A stretch of 64,000 nt of DNA from Candidatus Latescibacterota bacterium. Its GTDB lineage: Bacteria > Latescibacterota > UBA2968 > GCA-2709665. The stretch lies in NCBI GenBank assembly GCA_965248435.1, contig OZ252100.1, forward strand, positions 2,912,001 through 2,976,000, written 5' to 3'. The notes under the pieces are model-generated. The model saw only the letters and a list, made by a program, of their open reading frames with translations, ran no database searches and was not told where the DNA came from. Shown here one piece after another: positions 38,693 to 48,016 of this stretch. Numbering within the stretch: position 1 is the stretch's first letter; each line of letters starts with the position of its first letter. The translations under genes and the position numbers were made by a program.

Positions 38693-38933
38693 CAAGAGCA
38701 ATTTTGTTTGTTTAGAGCCAGGTTTCAGATAAGGCCGTAGCTTGAATGCGCCAGTGGTTCCTGTTTGAGGCACTGAAATAACCCACTGAAATCAAAGTCT
38801 TTCAAAGAAATGACCCTCTAACCGCCGCAACCTCGTCACGATTCCACCCACGTCGAGTTCTGAGCCCGTTTTTCGGATCATAGTATCTCCAATAATCACA
38901 GTAAGTTTACTTCTTATCCGGTCTGACAATCTG

Positions 38934-38948
38934 TGGCACAAGGTTTGC
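38934..38948 (+). promoter_or_regulatory. Sigma54 -24/-12 promoter
   Basis: TGGCAC-AAGGT-TTGC, exact consensus spacing, about 235 bp upstream of the CHRD gene. Confidence 0.75.
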
Positions 38949-39182
38949 CATGATGTGTTGCCGAGCCGGCAAGAGGAGAGATTTGTCCTAAATCGAAGGC
39001 ACCGTCTACTAAGGATCCCTCTGAGATGAAGCTTGCTCGGGGGGTCTTTGTGCTTTCGGTGCAAAGTGAATCCATGAGACCAGAATAGGAGGATTGCCTA
39101 TGGAGATTCATCGAAATATGATGGGGAATAGGGGCGAGGGTCGAAGTTGGCTACAATTTGGACAAGTCGGGAGGGTCAGGTC

Positions 39183-41774
39183 GTGAAAAGCGAAATCTTA
39201 GTCCTAGCAACCATTTTGTCTGTCTTCCTGGTCTCCGTAGGCGTCTATGCCTCGCACGACCGGGCGGTCGTAAACGTCTCAGTGGACCTGGAGGGGGCCA
39301 ACACGCCTGCTTCGGCTACCACCTTTACGGCCTCCCTGAATGGGAGTCAGGAGGTCCCTTCGGTAACCGTTGACGGGACCGGGACCGGGGCATTCGTACT
39401 GGACCGCGAAGGCCTGCACTACCGCATCACCGTGAACGAACTTACGGGTGACATGACAGCGGCGCACTTCCATAATGCGTCGGCTGGAGCAAGCGGCGGG
39501 GTCGTCCGCACGATCCCGTTTGACGGGACCTCGGCGTCCGGTGTGTGGCGCTCAACCGACGCCGAACCCCTGACGGCTGAGATGATCAATGAAATCGTCT
39601 CTGGGAACATCTACGTCAATGTGCACACGGCAGCGAATCCCCCTAGGGAAATCCGCGGCCAGGTAACTCTGGCCTCAGGCGCAGGATTGTGGGCGTCACT
39701 CGACGGTGACCAGGAAGTCCCTTCAGTATCTGTGGACGGTAAGGGGACAGCGACGTTTGTCCTGGACAGCGACGGCCTCCACTACTGGCTCTCAGTGGAC
39801 GGGTTGACCGGAGCGATCACCGGCGCGCATTTCCACAACGCGCCCGCAGGAGAAAGTGGAGGCGTCGTTCGTGGCATTACCGATTCCTTCAGTGGTACGA
39901 CAGCGACCGGGACGTGGAGCGCGACAGATAGCGAGCCGCTTAGCCCCGACATGATCGATGAGATCCTGGCCGGGAACATCTACCTGAACGTCCACACCGC
40001 GGAAAACCCCCCAGGCGAGATCAGGGGTCAGGTGATCCTGATCTCCGGCGCCAGGATGGTCGCCGCCCTGGATGAGGCTCAGGAGAACCATACGGTAACC
40101 GGTGATACAGAAGGCAGCGGCACCGGGGCCTTTGCCTGGGACGGCTCTGGGCTCTCCTATCAGATCACAGTGAGCGGACTCACCGGCCCGATGACAGCCG
40201 CACACTTTCACAATGCTTCCGCGGGGGAAGACGGAGGCGTGGTCAGAACCATTACGTTTGATGGAACAACGGCGACCGGTGTCTGGCGCGACTCGGATGC
40301 GGAGCCCCTCACTCCTGAAATGATTGTTGAACTCCTGGCGGGCCGGATCTATGCCAACGTCCACACCGCGGAAAATCCAGCAGGTGAGATCCGGGGTCAG
40401 GTCAACATCTCCCCTGGCATCGGCCTTCAAGCCGCCCTGGACGGAAGCCAGGAAACTCCCTCTGTAGACGTTGACGGAAGGGGAACCGGGGCGTTCACCT
40501 GGGATGAAGATGGCCTCCACTACTGGGTCACCGTGGACGACTTGACCGGGGCAATCACCGGCGCACACTTCCACAATGCTCCCTCGGGGCAGAGCGGTGG
40601 AGTCGTCCACGGCATTACAGAAACCTTTTCTGGAAACACCGCCTCAGGGGTGTGGTCAATATCAGACCCGGCGTTCTACGGAGAACTTTGGGCCGGCAAT
40701 CTTTATGTGAATGTCCACACCGCGGCAAACGCGCCCGGTGAAGTCCGCGGCCAGGTCAAACTGCCCGTATCCGGCGCAGGAGGTCGAACTGTGGCCTTCT
40801 CGCGGTCGATATCCGGGAGAAAAAAGGACTTCCTTTGGAAAGCCACGACAGACATCGCCGGAAGCGCTTCCATAGAGATCACCGCAGAGACCGAAGGTGT
40901 ATTCCGATCTTCAGGCGCAAACGGATACTATGTGGCTCGACTCTCAGAACCCACGGGAAAGATATTGGAGCAGTGGGGTAGCATCCCGATTAAGGGCGGC
41001 CGGATGCTTGACTTGAGTCTGCGCGCCGGCCAGCGAGCGGCGATCGCCGGACCTGTATTCGGCACCCCCCTCGAAGCGGCAGGAAAGCCGGCGTCCGGTC
41101 CAAGTACCGTGACGGTTCTATCTGGCATTCAGCCCCTGGCACCCATAGCCTCCCTCGGTTCGGTCGAGATCAACGAGAAGGGCACGATCGGGATGCCGAT
41201 TCAGATTCTTGGAGCGAACCACCTCTATGCTGGGGATTTCACCTTAACCTTTGATCCTCACCTGGTGCACTTCCGCAGCGGGGAAATCAATGGGACCGAG
41301 TTAGGCTTTTCCGAACAAAGCCCGGGTCGCGTTTCCATCTCGTTCCACGGACTGACAGCCTCCGACAAGGCCGAGATCCGGCTGTTCTTTGACCGCCTCT
41401 CCGGAGACGATCGTCTAGGTCGCGTCCATCTGGCTGGACTCTTCATAGATACAGAGTTTATGCCAATCTCGTTCGTGAACATCGCTGCGCGGTTCGATCG
41501 GAATCTCCCGACGACCCATGTTCTCTATCCCAACTATCCCAACCCCTTCAACCCGGCAACGCAGATTCGCTATGACCTGCCGGAGGCCGAAAAGGTCAGG
41601 TTGACGATCTATAACTCGCTTGGCCAGGAGATCGGTCGACTGGTCGATTCGCGTCAGGCAGCGGGTTCCTACTCCGTAACCTGGGACGCGGAGGGATTTG
41701 CGTCCGGACTTTACCACTACAAACTCGAGGCCGGTTCATTTGACGTGGTCCGGAAGATGGTCTTGCTGAAATAG
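39183..41774 (+). CDS. Secreted protein with four CHRD domains and FCB-type C-terminal sorting domain
   Basis: 4x (T/A/G)AHFHNA...YxNVHTAxNxxxE(I/V)RGQV; LYPNYPNPFNPATQIRYDLP...KMVLLK. Confidence 0.9.
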   Translation: MKSEILVLATILSVFLVSVGVYASHDRAVVNVSVDLEGANTPASATTFTASLNGSQEVPSVTVDGTGTGAFVLDREGLHYRITVNELTGDMTAAHFHNASAGASGGVVRTIPFDGTSASGVWRSTDAEPLTAEMINEIVSGNIYVNVHTAANPPREIRGQVTLASGAGLWASLDGDQEVPSVSVDGKGTATFVLDSDGLHYWLSVDGLTGAITGAHFHNAPAGESGGVVRGITDSFSGTTATGTWSATDSEPLSPDMIDEILAGNIYLNVHTAENPPGEIRGQVILISGARMVAALDEAQENHTVTGDTEGSGTGAFAWDGSGLSYQITVSGLTGPMTAAHFHNASAGEDGGVVRTITFDGTTATGVWRDSDAEPLTPEMIVELLAGRIYANVHTAENPAGEIRGQVNISPGIGLQAALDGSQETPSVDVDGRGTGAFTWDEDGLHYWVTVDDLTGAITGAHFHNAPSGQSGGVVHGITETFSGNTASGVWSISDPAFYGELWAGNLYVNVHTAANAPGEVRGQVKLPVSGAGGRTVAFSRSISGRKKDFLWKATTDIAGSASIEITAETEGVFRSSGANGYYVARLSEPTGKILEQWGSIPIKGGRMLDLSLRAGQRAAIAGPVFGTPLEAAGKPASGPSTVTVLSGIQPLAPIASLGSVEINEKGTIGMPIQILGANHLYAGDFTLTFDPHLVHFRSGEINGTELGFSEQSPGRVSISFHGLTASDKAEIRLFFDRLSGDDRLGRVHLAGLFIDTEFMPISFVNIAARFDRNLPTTHVLYPNYPNPFNPATQIRYDLPEAEKVRLTIYNSLGQEIGRLVDSRQAAGSYSVTWDAEGFASGLYHYKLEAGSFDVVRKMVLLK

Positions 41775-42001
41775 TGTTTAAGATAGAAGCCCGAGCGGTC
41801 AATCATTTGAGAGGTCTGTGGTCAGAGGTCAGCCCCCGGCTCTGCCCTAGCTGGCCAATGGCCGAATTCGATTGTCGCGTTGGACGAGGGGAGAGCAGTC
41901 CGCTTTCTGAATTGAAATCGGCTGCTCTCTTTTATCATCATGCAAGGTTGTTCACGCTAAACATTGATAAGTGAGCGCAATTGTGTTAGACCAGTTCGTA
42001 G

Positions 42002-42175
42002 CCCCGCGCCTTCAACGTCGATCCCACGGGCAACTTCCTCTTCGCGGCCGGTCGGGATACAGGCAGGCTTGCGGCTTACGGAATTGAACCCGAGTCCGGC
42101 CGCCTCATTTCGCTGGAAACGTATCACGTCGGCGAGGCGCCCGTGTGGGTACAGTTTCTGACTTTACCCGGCTAG
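42002..42175 (+). repeat. 174-bp direct-repeat copy of the lactonase 3' end (partner 38519-38692)
   Basis: Near-identical to 38519-38692; translates PRAFNVDPTGNFLFAAGRDTG...WVQFLTLPG*. Confidence 0.9.
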
Positions 42176-42180
42176 CGTAG

Positions 42181-42216
42181 AAAAAGGCCGGTTCCCGTGG
42201 AAAATGGGAACCGGCC
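42181..42216 (-). terminator. Intrinsic terminator (likely for the minus-strand kinase gene)
   Basis: AAAAA-GGCCGGTTCCC-GTGGAAAAT-GGGAACCGGCC. Confidence 0.7.
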
Positions 42217-42253
42217 AAGTTGCTGTTCCGTTACTCAGAATGCCCCTGAGTGG

Positions 42254-44500
42254 CTACCGTTCTTTTGCCAGCACATTGTTCAGCGTCTTGCTCAGCTCGT
42301 TGAGCCCAAGGGGTTTCTTCAAGAGTCCTTTGACACCTTCGGGCAGGGTCTTGCCCACCTCTCCCAAATACCCCGTCATCACCACCCCCAGAACTTTCGA
42401 GTCTTTCTTTTGTAGCGCCTCAAGCATATCCAGGCCACCCATGTCCGGCATCACCACGTCTGTAAGCACGAGTGCGATTTCGTCGCGATGCGTATCGTAA
42501 ACCTCAAGTCCTTCCCGGCCGTTCGATGCCGTGACCACTCGGTAGTTCAGATGCTCAAGCATTTCCTTGGCCACAACTTGAACCGCAGGATCATCTTCGA
42601 CCATCAGGATCGTCTCCCCTAGACCTCGCGAGATGCCCTCCTGTTCTTCCACCGCAGTGATCTCGTCTACCGATTGGGGAAAGTAGATTGTGAAGGTTGT
42701 ACCTTTTCCTACTTCGCTCTCCACGTCGATATACCCGTCGTGCTGCTTCACGATGCCATAAATCTGGGACAATCCAAGACCCGTCCCCTCTCCGGGTTGT
42801 TTGGTCGTGAAAAACGGCTCGTAGATATGCTTTACGACTTCGGGCTCCATCCCTTCGCCGGTATCAGACACCGTCAACACCACCCAACTGCCGGGTTGCA
42901 CGTCAGGAGCGGCAATAGCGGAGCTGGAGGATCGAATCGCCACCGTGTCCCCTGGCTCCAGACTCAGGAGAGAGAGCCCGATTCGAAGCTCTCCACCCTC
43001 TCGCATCGCATCTCTGGCATTGACCGCCAGATTGTTGATCACCTGTTGTAGCTGGGTCAGGTTCCCGTTGACGGTATAGTCTCCTCTTCTGAATTCGGTC
43101 ACCGTCTCAATAGATTCTGGCAGTGTTCGCTCCAACAGTTTCACGGTCTCCTTTAAAAACGGCACCATGTCCACTGGTTGTTTCTCCGCAACGGTCTTGC
43201 GGCTGAAATCCAGGATTTGCCCAATCAGTTGCGCTGCACGGTGACCCTGAGAAATCATCATCTCAAGACGCTCCTTAGCGTCATCAGATAAATCCGAGCT
43301 CATACTCAGAAGCTCTGCAAAGCCCATCATGACTGTCAGCATATTGTTAAAATCGTGCGCGATGCCTGCGGCAAGCTGACCTACGGAAGCCAGCCTCGCC
43401 TGTGCATGCAGGCGATCCTCGCTCTCCTTCCGTGAGGTGATGTCCCTCGCTGCTACTGTATAGAGGAGACGCTCACCGATCATTGTTTTGGAAATATAGA
43501 TCTCTAGTGGAAACGCAGATCCATCCTTTCTATGTCCTTGAAGTTCCAACCATTGTCCCATTACTGAAGAAGATCCATTTTTCAAATCGAACACCAAGCC
43601 ATTACCTGGTTCACCTCGGATCTCGTGTCCTATCAGGACTTGCAGATTCTTACCCACCAACTCATTGTGGTCACATTTCCAGATATTGACCGCCTCTTGA
43701 TTGATCATAACAACGTTCAAGCTCTCGTCGACTGCGATAATCCCTTCTCCTACTGTATCTAAGACAGACTGCATCTGAGCCTCTGACCGTTGCAGTTCGA
43801 AAGTACGCGTTGCGATCTTTACGCTCATTTCGTTGAAGCTATCTGTTAGCACTCCAATTTCGTCTGTACCGCTCTTTTCAACCGTTTTACCGTATTTCTC
43901 TTCTATCCCGATCTGCTTTACACTCTTGACAACGTTTTGTATGGGTACAGTGATCAGTCGGCTCAAATAGAAAGACATTACTAGGCCCAAAAGAAGAATT
44001 CCTAAACTGATCAGAAATCCCGCGAAGCGGATTCTGCTTATCTCTTGATCTCGATTCTCGAGCGAGAAGCCAACAATTAAATTTGCTTGTAAGTCCTCCT
44101 CAATATGTAAGGGTACGGTTGTGTGCAATATCTGGCCGGCCTCAAATGTACCTGTATCTGATTCGAATCTTGAGGGTATTGAAACCTTAGAGGGATTATA
44201 TGAAATGAGCTGAGACCCATCTTCGTGCAATATCGCAAGGTAAACGATGGCTGAATCTCTCCTCGCGAAAACGAAAAGCTGATTGACAAAATTGTAATCT
44301 CCGTCCTTCAAGGCGAGCGATACACCGCTTGCTAGAATTTGGACCGAGCCCTCTGCTTTGCTTTGCAAAGCCCTTGTGACCTGCTCTCTTTGTTTTGCTG
44401 GAAAGTATATAAGGACAAAAGAGGAAATAGACAGAAGTACCACTGTGGAAACACTGGCTATCTTCAGTCGTATCGGCAGATTCTTGAAACCTTGTATCAC
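42254..44500 (-). CDS. Hybrid sensor histidine kinase (2TM sensor-HAMP-PAS-HisKA-HATPase-REC)
   Basis: GIAHDFNNML, NLAVNARDAM, EPFFTTK, GTGLGL, LTDVVMPDMGG; start uncertain (44500 or 44584). Confidence 0.93.
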   Translation of the reverse strand: MIQGFKNLPIRLKIASVSTVVLLSISSFVLIYFPAKQREQVTRALQSKAEGSVQILASGVSLALKDGDYNFVNQLFVFARRDSAIVYLAILHEDGSQLISYNPSKVSIPSRFESDTGTFEAGQILHTTVPLHIEEDLQANLIVGFSLENRDQEISRIRFAGFLISLGILLLGLVMSFYLSRLITVPIQNVVKSVKQIGIEEKYGKTVEKSGTDEIGVLTDSFNEMSVKIATRTFELQRSEAQMQSVLDTVGEGIIAVDESLNVVMINQEAVNIWKCDHNELVGKNLQVLIGHEIRGEPGNGLVFDLKNGSSSVMGQWLELQGHRKDGSAFPLEIYISKTMIGERLLYTVAARDITSRKESEDRLHAQARLASVGQLAAGIAHDFNNMLTVMMGFAELLSMSSDLSDDAKERLEMMISQGHRAAQLIGQILDFSRKTVAEKQPVDMVPFLKETVKLLERTLPESIETVTEFRRGDYTVNGNLTQLQQVINNLAVNARDAMREGGELRIGLSLLSLEPGDTVAIRSSSSAIAAPDVQPGSWVVLTVSDTGEGMEPEVVKHIYEPFFTTKQPGEGTGLGLSQIYGIVKQHDGYIDVESEVGKGTTFTIYFPQSVDEITAVEEQEGISRGLGETILMVEDDPAVQVVAKEMLEHLNYRVVTASNGREGLEVYDTHRDEIALVLTDVVMPDMGGLDMLEALQKKDSKVLGVVMTGYLGEVGKTLPEGVKGLLKKPLGLNELSKTLNNVLAKER

Positions 44501-44598
44501 AGTTCGAACTCGCCTAAGTACTATTAGATGTATAGCGGGACTCGATTGCCAGTCGCCCGTTTTTACGGGAATTCGCGCAAGCAACTCGACATTCGAGA

Positions 44599-45087
44599 CT
44601 ATTGAATCGGATACTCGCTGCTCTTGAAATCTCTTCCATCAATTTTTAGATCCTTAACCGAACTCATCGATGAATTGAATTGATCAACGCCAACAAACCC
44701 AATTGCGCCGGCGTGTTGCGAGATATATTTCAGAACCCCGGCTTCTGAAGCCAACGCAACACGTAAGACCTGAAGCTCTCCATTCAATAACCTGCCTATC
44801 CACTCCAAGCGGGTCCTTGTTTGCGAAAGACCCACAACCTTTTTATAGAATCCGCGGGCCATACTCGATTTGTGTTTGTAATCAAGGAGTACGATAGCTG
44901 ATCCTTCTTCTTCCTGGTTTTCCCACACCGTTACTTCCGCCCGGTAGATACGTCTTAACTCAATCAAACTAAGAGAATCTACCGGGTTGCTACTATTCAC
45001 GACCACCACGACCTGAGCGTGGAGTCCCGCGTTACCAAGGATCAGAAAAGCAGAAACCAAAAATGTGGATAGTTTGTACGTATTCAT
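44599..45087 (-). CDS. Small periplasmic binding-protein-like protein, paralog of 12154
   Basis: Signal peptide; VVVVNSSNPVDSLSLIELRRIY...W...ISQHAGAIGFV. Confidence 0.7.
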   Translation of the reverse strand: MNTYKLSTFLVSAFLILGNAGLHAQVVVVVNSSNPVDSLSLIELRRIYRAEVTVWENQEEEGSAIVLLDYKHKSSMARGFYKKVVGLSQTRTRLEWIGRLLNGELQVLRVALASEAGVLKYISQHAGAIGFVGVDQFNSSMSSVKDLKIDGRDFKSSEYPIQ

Positions 45088-45101
45088 CGACCAAACCACC
45101 A

Positions 45102-46334
45102 TTAGTTGAAAAAGACAGATATAGCTGTCCAATACATCTGGAAGTTTTTGAAATTGCCAGGCTTTCTATTGAATTTGTCCCCAAAAAGATGGTTGTGAAA
45201 CTCCGCCTTTATGGCGACGTGAGAGTGAGGCCTGAAAGCGCTTCCGAACGTTAACCTGCGGAGTTGATTGCGAAACGAGAAATGTCTAGGATCTTCAAAC
45301 ACATTAATTTCCAAATATGGTGTGAGATTTTCAAGAAGGGTATAGTTCATGTGAACGTAATAGAATATCTTCGAAAAATTCGAGCTGTCGAATGCGTACG
45401 TTCGAGTCGTGTCAGAAATAGCAGAAGCATCCACGAGCGAAAGATTTGAGATGTCGCTTTTGACGAATTCCCCTCGAATCTCAAAATTGTGCTTAGCATA
45501 CCGAACATCTACACCTAAAGTACTCCGGGTTTCGGATTGTATAACCATAGGCAGGATAGGCACAATCCTGTTTGGGGTGAGCCCCAAAGACAGAGCCTTT
45601 GTCATAATTGCTTTCGTGTCCGCGTGAGGCCTGATTGCAAAGACACCCTTTTCGGTAAAAAAGGAAGCACCAATCGTCAAGTTTTTCACCGTCGGTTCTA
45701 TCCAAAGCCGGGCTCCAACACTTTTATTCGCATTCAAATCCAAATTACTCTCGTTTGTAGTAGAACCATTTCCCACATAAAGGTTGTAACCGGATTTCCA
45801 GCTCTCAGAGCTAAATTCACCTAACAGTTGCAAGTTTTGAACCGGTGGTATGATCGTCCCCGCAGCTGCTCGACGAAGAAACTCTTCTTCATACATCGCT
45901 GGAAGCACCACGGTGTTAAAAATCGGAGATTGAAACTTCCGGGTATTAAAATACCCGAAGGGCGCCAAGAATTGACCGCCTCGAATTCTCAGCCGCTCAT
46001 CGTATCGATACTCGAACCATGCTTCGAGTAGCTCAACCTCACCTTTGTCGTTGTGGTCACCGGCGCCTATGTCTGCTCCGTTCTGAAAACGAACGTTAAG
46101 GAATGCACGCCAGTCTTCGGAAAATTTGGAATTCAGCAAAATATGCGTCCTTAACAGGATAAATGTCGGGTCAGGATTCTCAGTGGCCCCATTCGGGAAT
46201 TCACGTTCAGAAAAGTCTCTCGCAATCAAGTCTAGATATCCGTAGATGGATAGCTGAGGCCGCTGAGCATAGCAACAGGTAGAAAACAAGACTGCCTGGG
46301 CAGTGACTAACAGAATGGTCAGGCTGCGTTTCAT
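45102..46334 (-). CDS. Outer-membrane porin-like beta-barrel
   Basis: Signal peptide, GQFLAPFGYFN motif, terminal WTAISVFFN. Confidence 0.72.
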   Translation of the reverse strand: MKRSLTILLVTAQAVLFSTCCYAQRPQLSIYGYLDLIARDFSEREFPNGATENPDPTFILLRTHILLNSKFSEDWRAFLNVRFQNGADIGAGDHNDKGEVELLEAWFEYRYDERLRIRGGQFLAPFGYFNTRKFQSPIFNTVVLPAMYEEEFLRRAAAGTIIPPVQNLQLLGEFSSESWKSGYNLYVGNGSTTNESNLDLNANKSVGARLWIEPTVKNLTIGASFFTEKGVFAIRPHADTKAIMTKALSLGLTPNRIVPILPMVIQSETRSTLGVDVRYAKHNFEIRGEFVKSDISNLSLVDASAISDTTRTYAFDSSNFSKIFYYVHMNYTLLENLTPYLEINVFEDPRHFSFRNQLRRLTFGSAFRPHSHVAIKAEFHNHLFGDKFNRKPGNFKNFQMYWTAISVFFN

Positions 46335-46414
46335 CGTTGCTCCTCTTCGCCTACTTAAAGGGGATTCACCTCTGAACTCCAACGTAGAGGATCCCTCTGC
46401 GTAACAAGGCAGAG

Positions 46415-46430
46415 AGCACCTGCCGTGCCA
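46415..46430 (-). promoter_or_regulatory. Sigma54-like promoter for cassette 2
   Basis: Minus strand TGGCAC-GGCAG-GTGCT, GG-N10-GC spacing, about 80 bp above the porin ATG. Confidence 0.55.
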
Positions 46431-46554
46431 GCAGCTTGGTCTTCCAGCGTAACCCTGGCAACCCTTTGTTTATACGACAGAAGGGTGCGCTTCGGGTTGA
46501 GTGCCCCACGGACATCAAAAGTGCACTGGCTGAAATCTACCAGTTAAACGTCTG

Positions 46555-46582
46555 TTGACAAAGCGTGAAAAATCCGTAGATT
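46555..46582 (+). promoter_or_regulatory. Sigma70-like promoter
   Basis: TTGACA-16 bp-TAGATT upstream of the receiver gene. Confidence 0.5.
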
Positions 46583-46667
46583 GCAACGGTGATTGGAATT
46601 GTGGCTCAGCAATACCTCAAAACGCCTCTCCATCCAGAACGTTCGGCAATAAAAAGCGGGGTCCATT

Positions 46668-47027
46668 TTGACGAAACGGGTTCTATTGGTGGATGATTTT
46701 GAGGAGGTCAGGCTCCTTATTCGAATGTTTCTGGAGGAGGAGGGCCTAGAGATCTTGGAGGCCGGCGATGGGCATCAGGCCCTGGAGGTCTTGGAGACGC
46801 GTGGTGTTGACCTCGTCATCACAGATAACAAGATGCCGAATATGACGGGTCTTGAACTTATCAGAGCCGCCAAAGCACGTTTTCCTTCGCTTCCCTTCAT
46901 CGTGGTTTCGACCAGGGCGGAAGCAGAGGACTTCGGCCCTTCAGAACCACGCGCCATTATTTCCAAGCCTATTCCTTTAGACGAATTGAAGCAACAAGTG
47001 GATGAAGTGTTGAACGAGACGGTGTAA
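46668..47027 (+). CDS. Single-domain response regulator (CheY-like)
   Basis: VLLVDD, ITDNKMPNMTG, SKPI. Confidence 0.9.
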   Translation: MTKRVLLVDDFEEVRLLIRMFLEEEGLEILEAGDGHQALEVLETRGVDLVITDNKMPNMTGLELIRAAKARFPSLPFIVVSTRAEAEDFGPSEPRAIISKPIPLDELKQQVDEVLNETV

Positions 47028-47055
47028 CTGCTCGCGAATCTTTTGTGCAGACTAG

Positions 47056-47085
47056 AAACCGGGTGAGTTCTCAGCCGGTTTTTTT
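47056..47085 (+). terminator. Intrinsic terminator
   Basis: AAACCGG..TGAG/CTCA..CCGGTTTTTTT. Confidence 0.65.
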
Positions 47086-47270
47086 AATGGGTCCTGCTTC
47101 AGAATGGACTGACCTGTCAATCCCTTCGTACGGACCGTGCGCATGACTGGGTCTTTGGCTGCGACGTGACCGTGTGACCGGACTTCGGGGAACACTCGCA
47201 ATTCCGCTTGACATTCAACGTGGGTAAGGCATGTATATAACTTGAAAGCGCTGCTGCAGGCCCTTCCACC

Positions 47271-47353
47271 GCACCCAGGAGGGTGCCATGATCAGGGGAA
47301 TTCCAAATCGTCAGCCGCCCGAGCCGGAGCGGCTTTTTGCATTTAGGTCATGA
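47271..47353 (+). promoter_or_regulatory. Candidate leader/attenuator of the molybdoenzyme operon
   Basis: GCACCC-AGGA-GGGTGC hairpin, 21-codon ORF 47288-47353, terminator-like AGCCGC...GCGGCTTTTT. Confidence 0.4.
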
Positions 47354-47389
47354 CATATCGCTTACCGCATCGAATAAGGAGGTGGTCCT

Positions 47390-48013
47390 GTGAAAGAGCA
47401 GGAAAAACCTGAACCGTCTGATGTCTCTCGCAGAGCATTCCTGAAAGGGATGGGGGGCGGTATCGCCGCGACGGGAGTGCTTACGAGCATCGCCACCGTC
47501 GAGGGCGAAGCCGCATCCGGCCAGACGCTGGGGCCGGGTCCCGTTCAGATCGCCCTCAACGTCAACGGAGCAGTGCGGAAGGCCAGGGTGGAGCCAAGGC
47601 ATACGTTGTTGGACGTGCTCCGCAACGCGCTGGACATCACCGGACCGAAGCCCGTCTGCGACATGGGATCCTGCGGGGGATGCACTGTCCTATTGGACGG
47701 CCAGCCCGTCTATTCCTGCATGACGCTGGCCGTGGATGCGCTCGGAAAGGAGATCACCACCGTCGAAGGGCTCGCAGAAGGAGACCGTCTGGATCCGGTT
47801 CAGGAGGCCTTCGTCAAGCACGACGCCCAGATGTGCGGGTTCTGCACCTCGGGTTTCGTGATTTCAGTGAAGGCCCTGCTGGAGCGCAATCCAAACCCGA
47901 GCCTGGACGACGTGAAAAGCGCCGTCTCGGGCAACCTCTGCCGCTGCGGCACCTATCCACGCGTCTTCGAAGCGGCGCTGACCGCCGCCAAACTCAAACG
48001 AGGGGAGGGCTGA
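47390..48013 (+). CDS. Xanthine-dehydrogenase-family 2Fe-2S subunit with Tat signal (PaoA/YagT-like)
   Basis: SRRAFLK; CDMGSCGGC, MCGFC, NLCRCG. Confidence 0.92.
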   Translation: MKEQEKPEPSDVSRRAFLKGMGGGIAATGVLTSIATVEGEAASGQTLGPGPVQIALNVNGAVRKARVEPRHTLLDVLRNALDITGPKPVCDMGSCGGCTVLLDGQPVYSCMTLAVDALGKEITTVEGLAEGDRLDPVQEAFVKHDAQMCGFCTSGFVISVKALLERNPNPSLDDVKSAVSGNLCRCGTYPRVFEAALTAAKLKRGEG

Positions 48014-48016
48014 GCC

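Noticed and set aside
39320-40760. Regularly spaced DNA repeats, possible CRISPR or DGR
   Set aside because: Degenerate in-frame CHRD domain repeats; no identical repeat-spacer pattern, no cas or RT gene
41964-42161. 65-aa ORF
   Set aside because: Out-of-frame reading of the duplicated lactonase 3' end
38519-42175. Lactonase repeat pair as a DGR template/variable region
   Set aside because: Differences are not adenine-specific and no reverse transcriptase is present
47240-47345. Known Moco, xanthine or guanidine riboswitch
   Set aside because: I could not match the consensus motifs by eye; kept only as an unassigned leader
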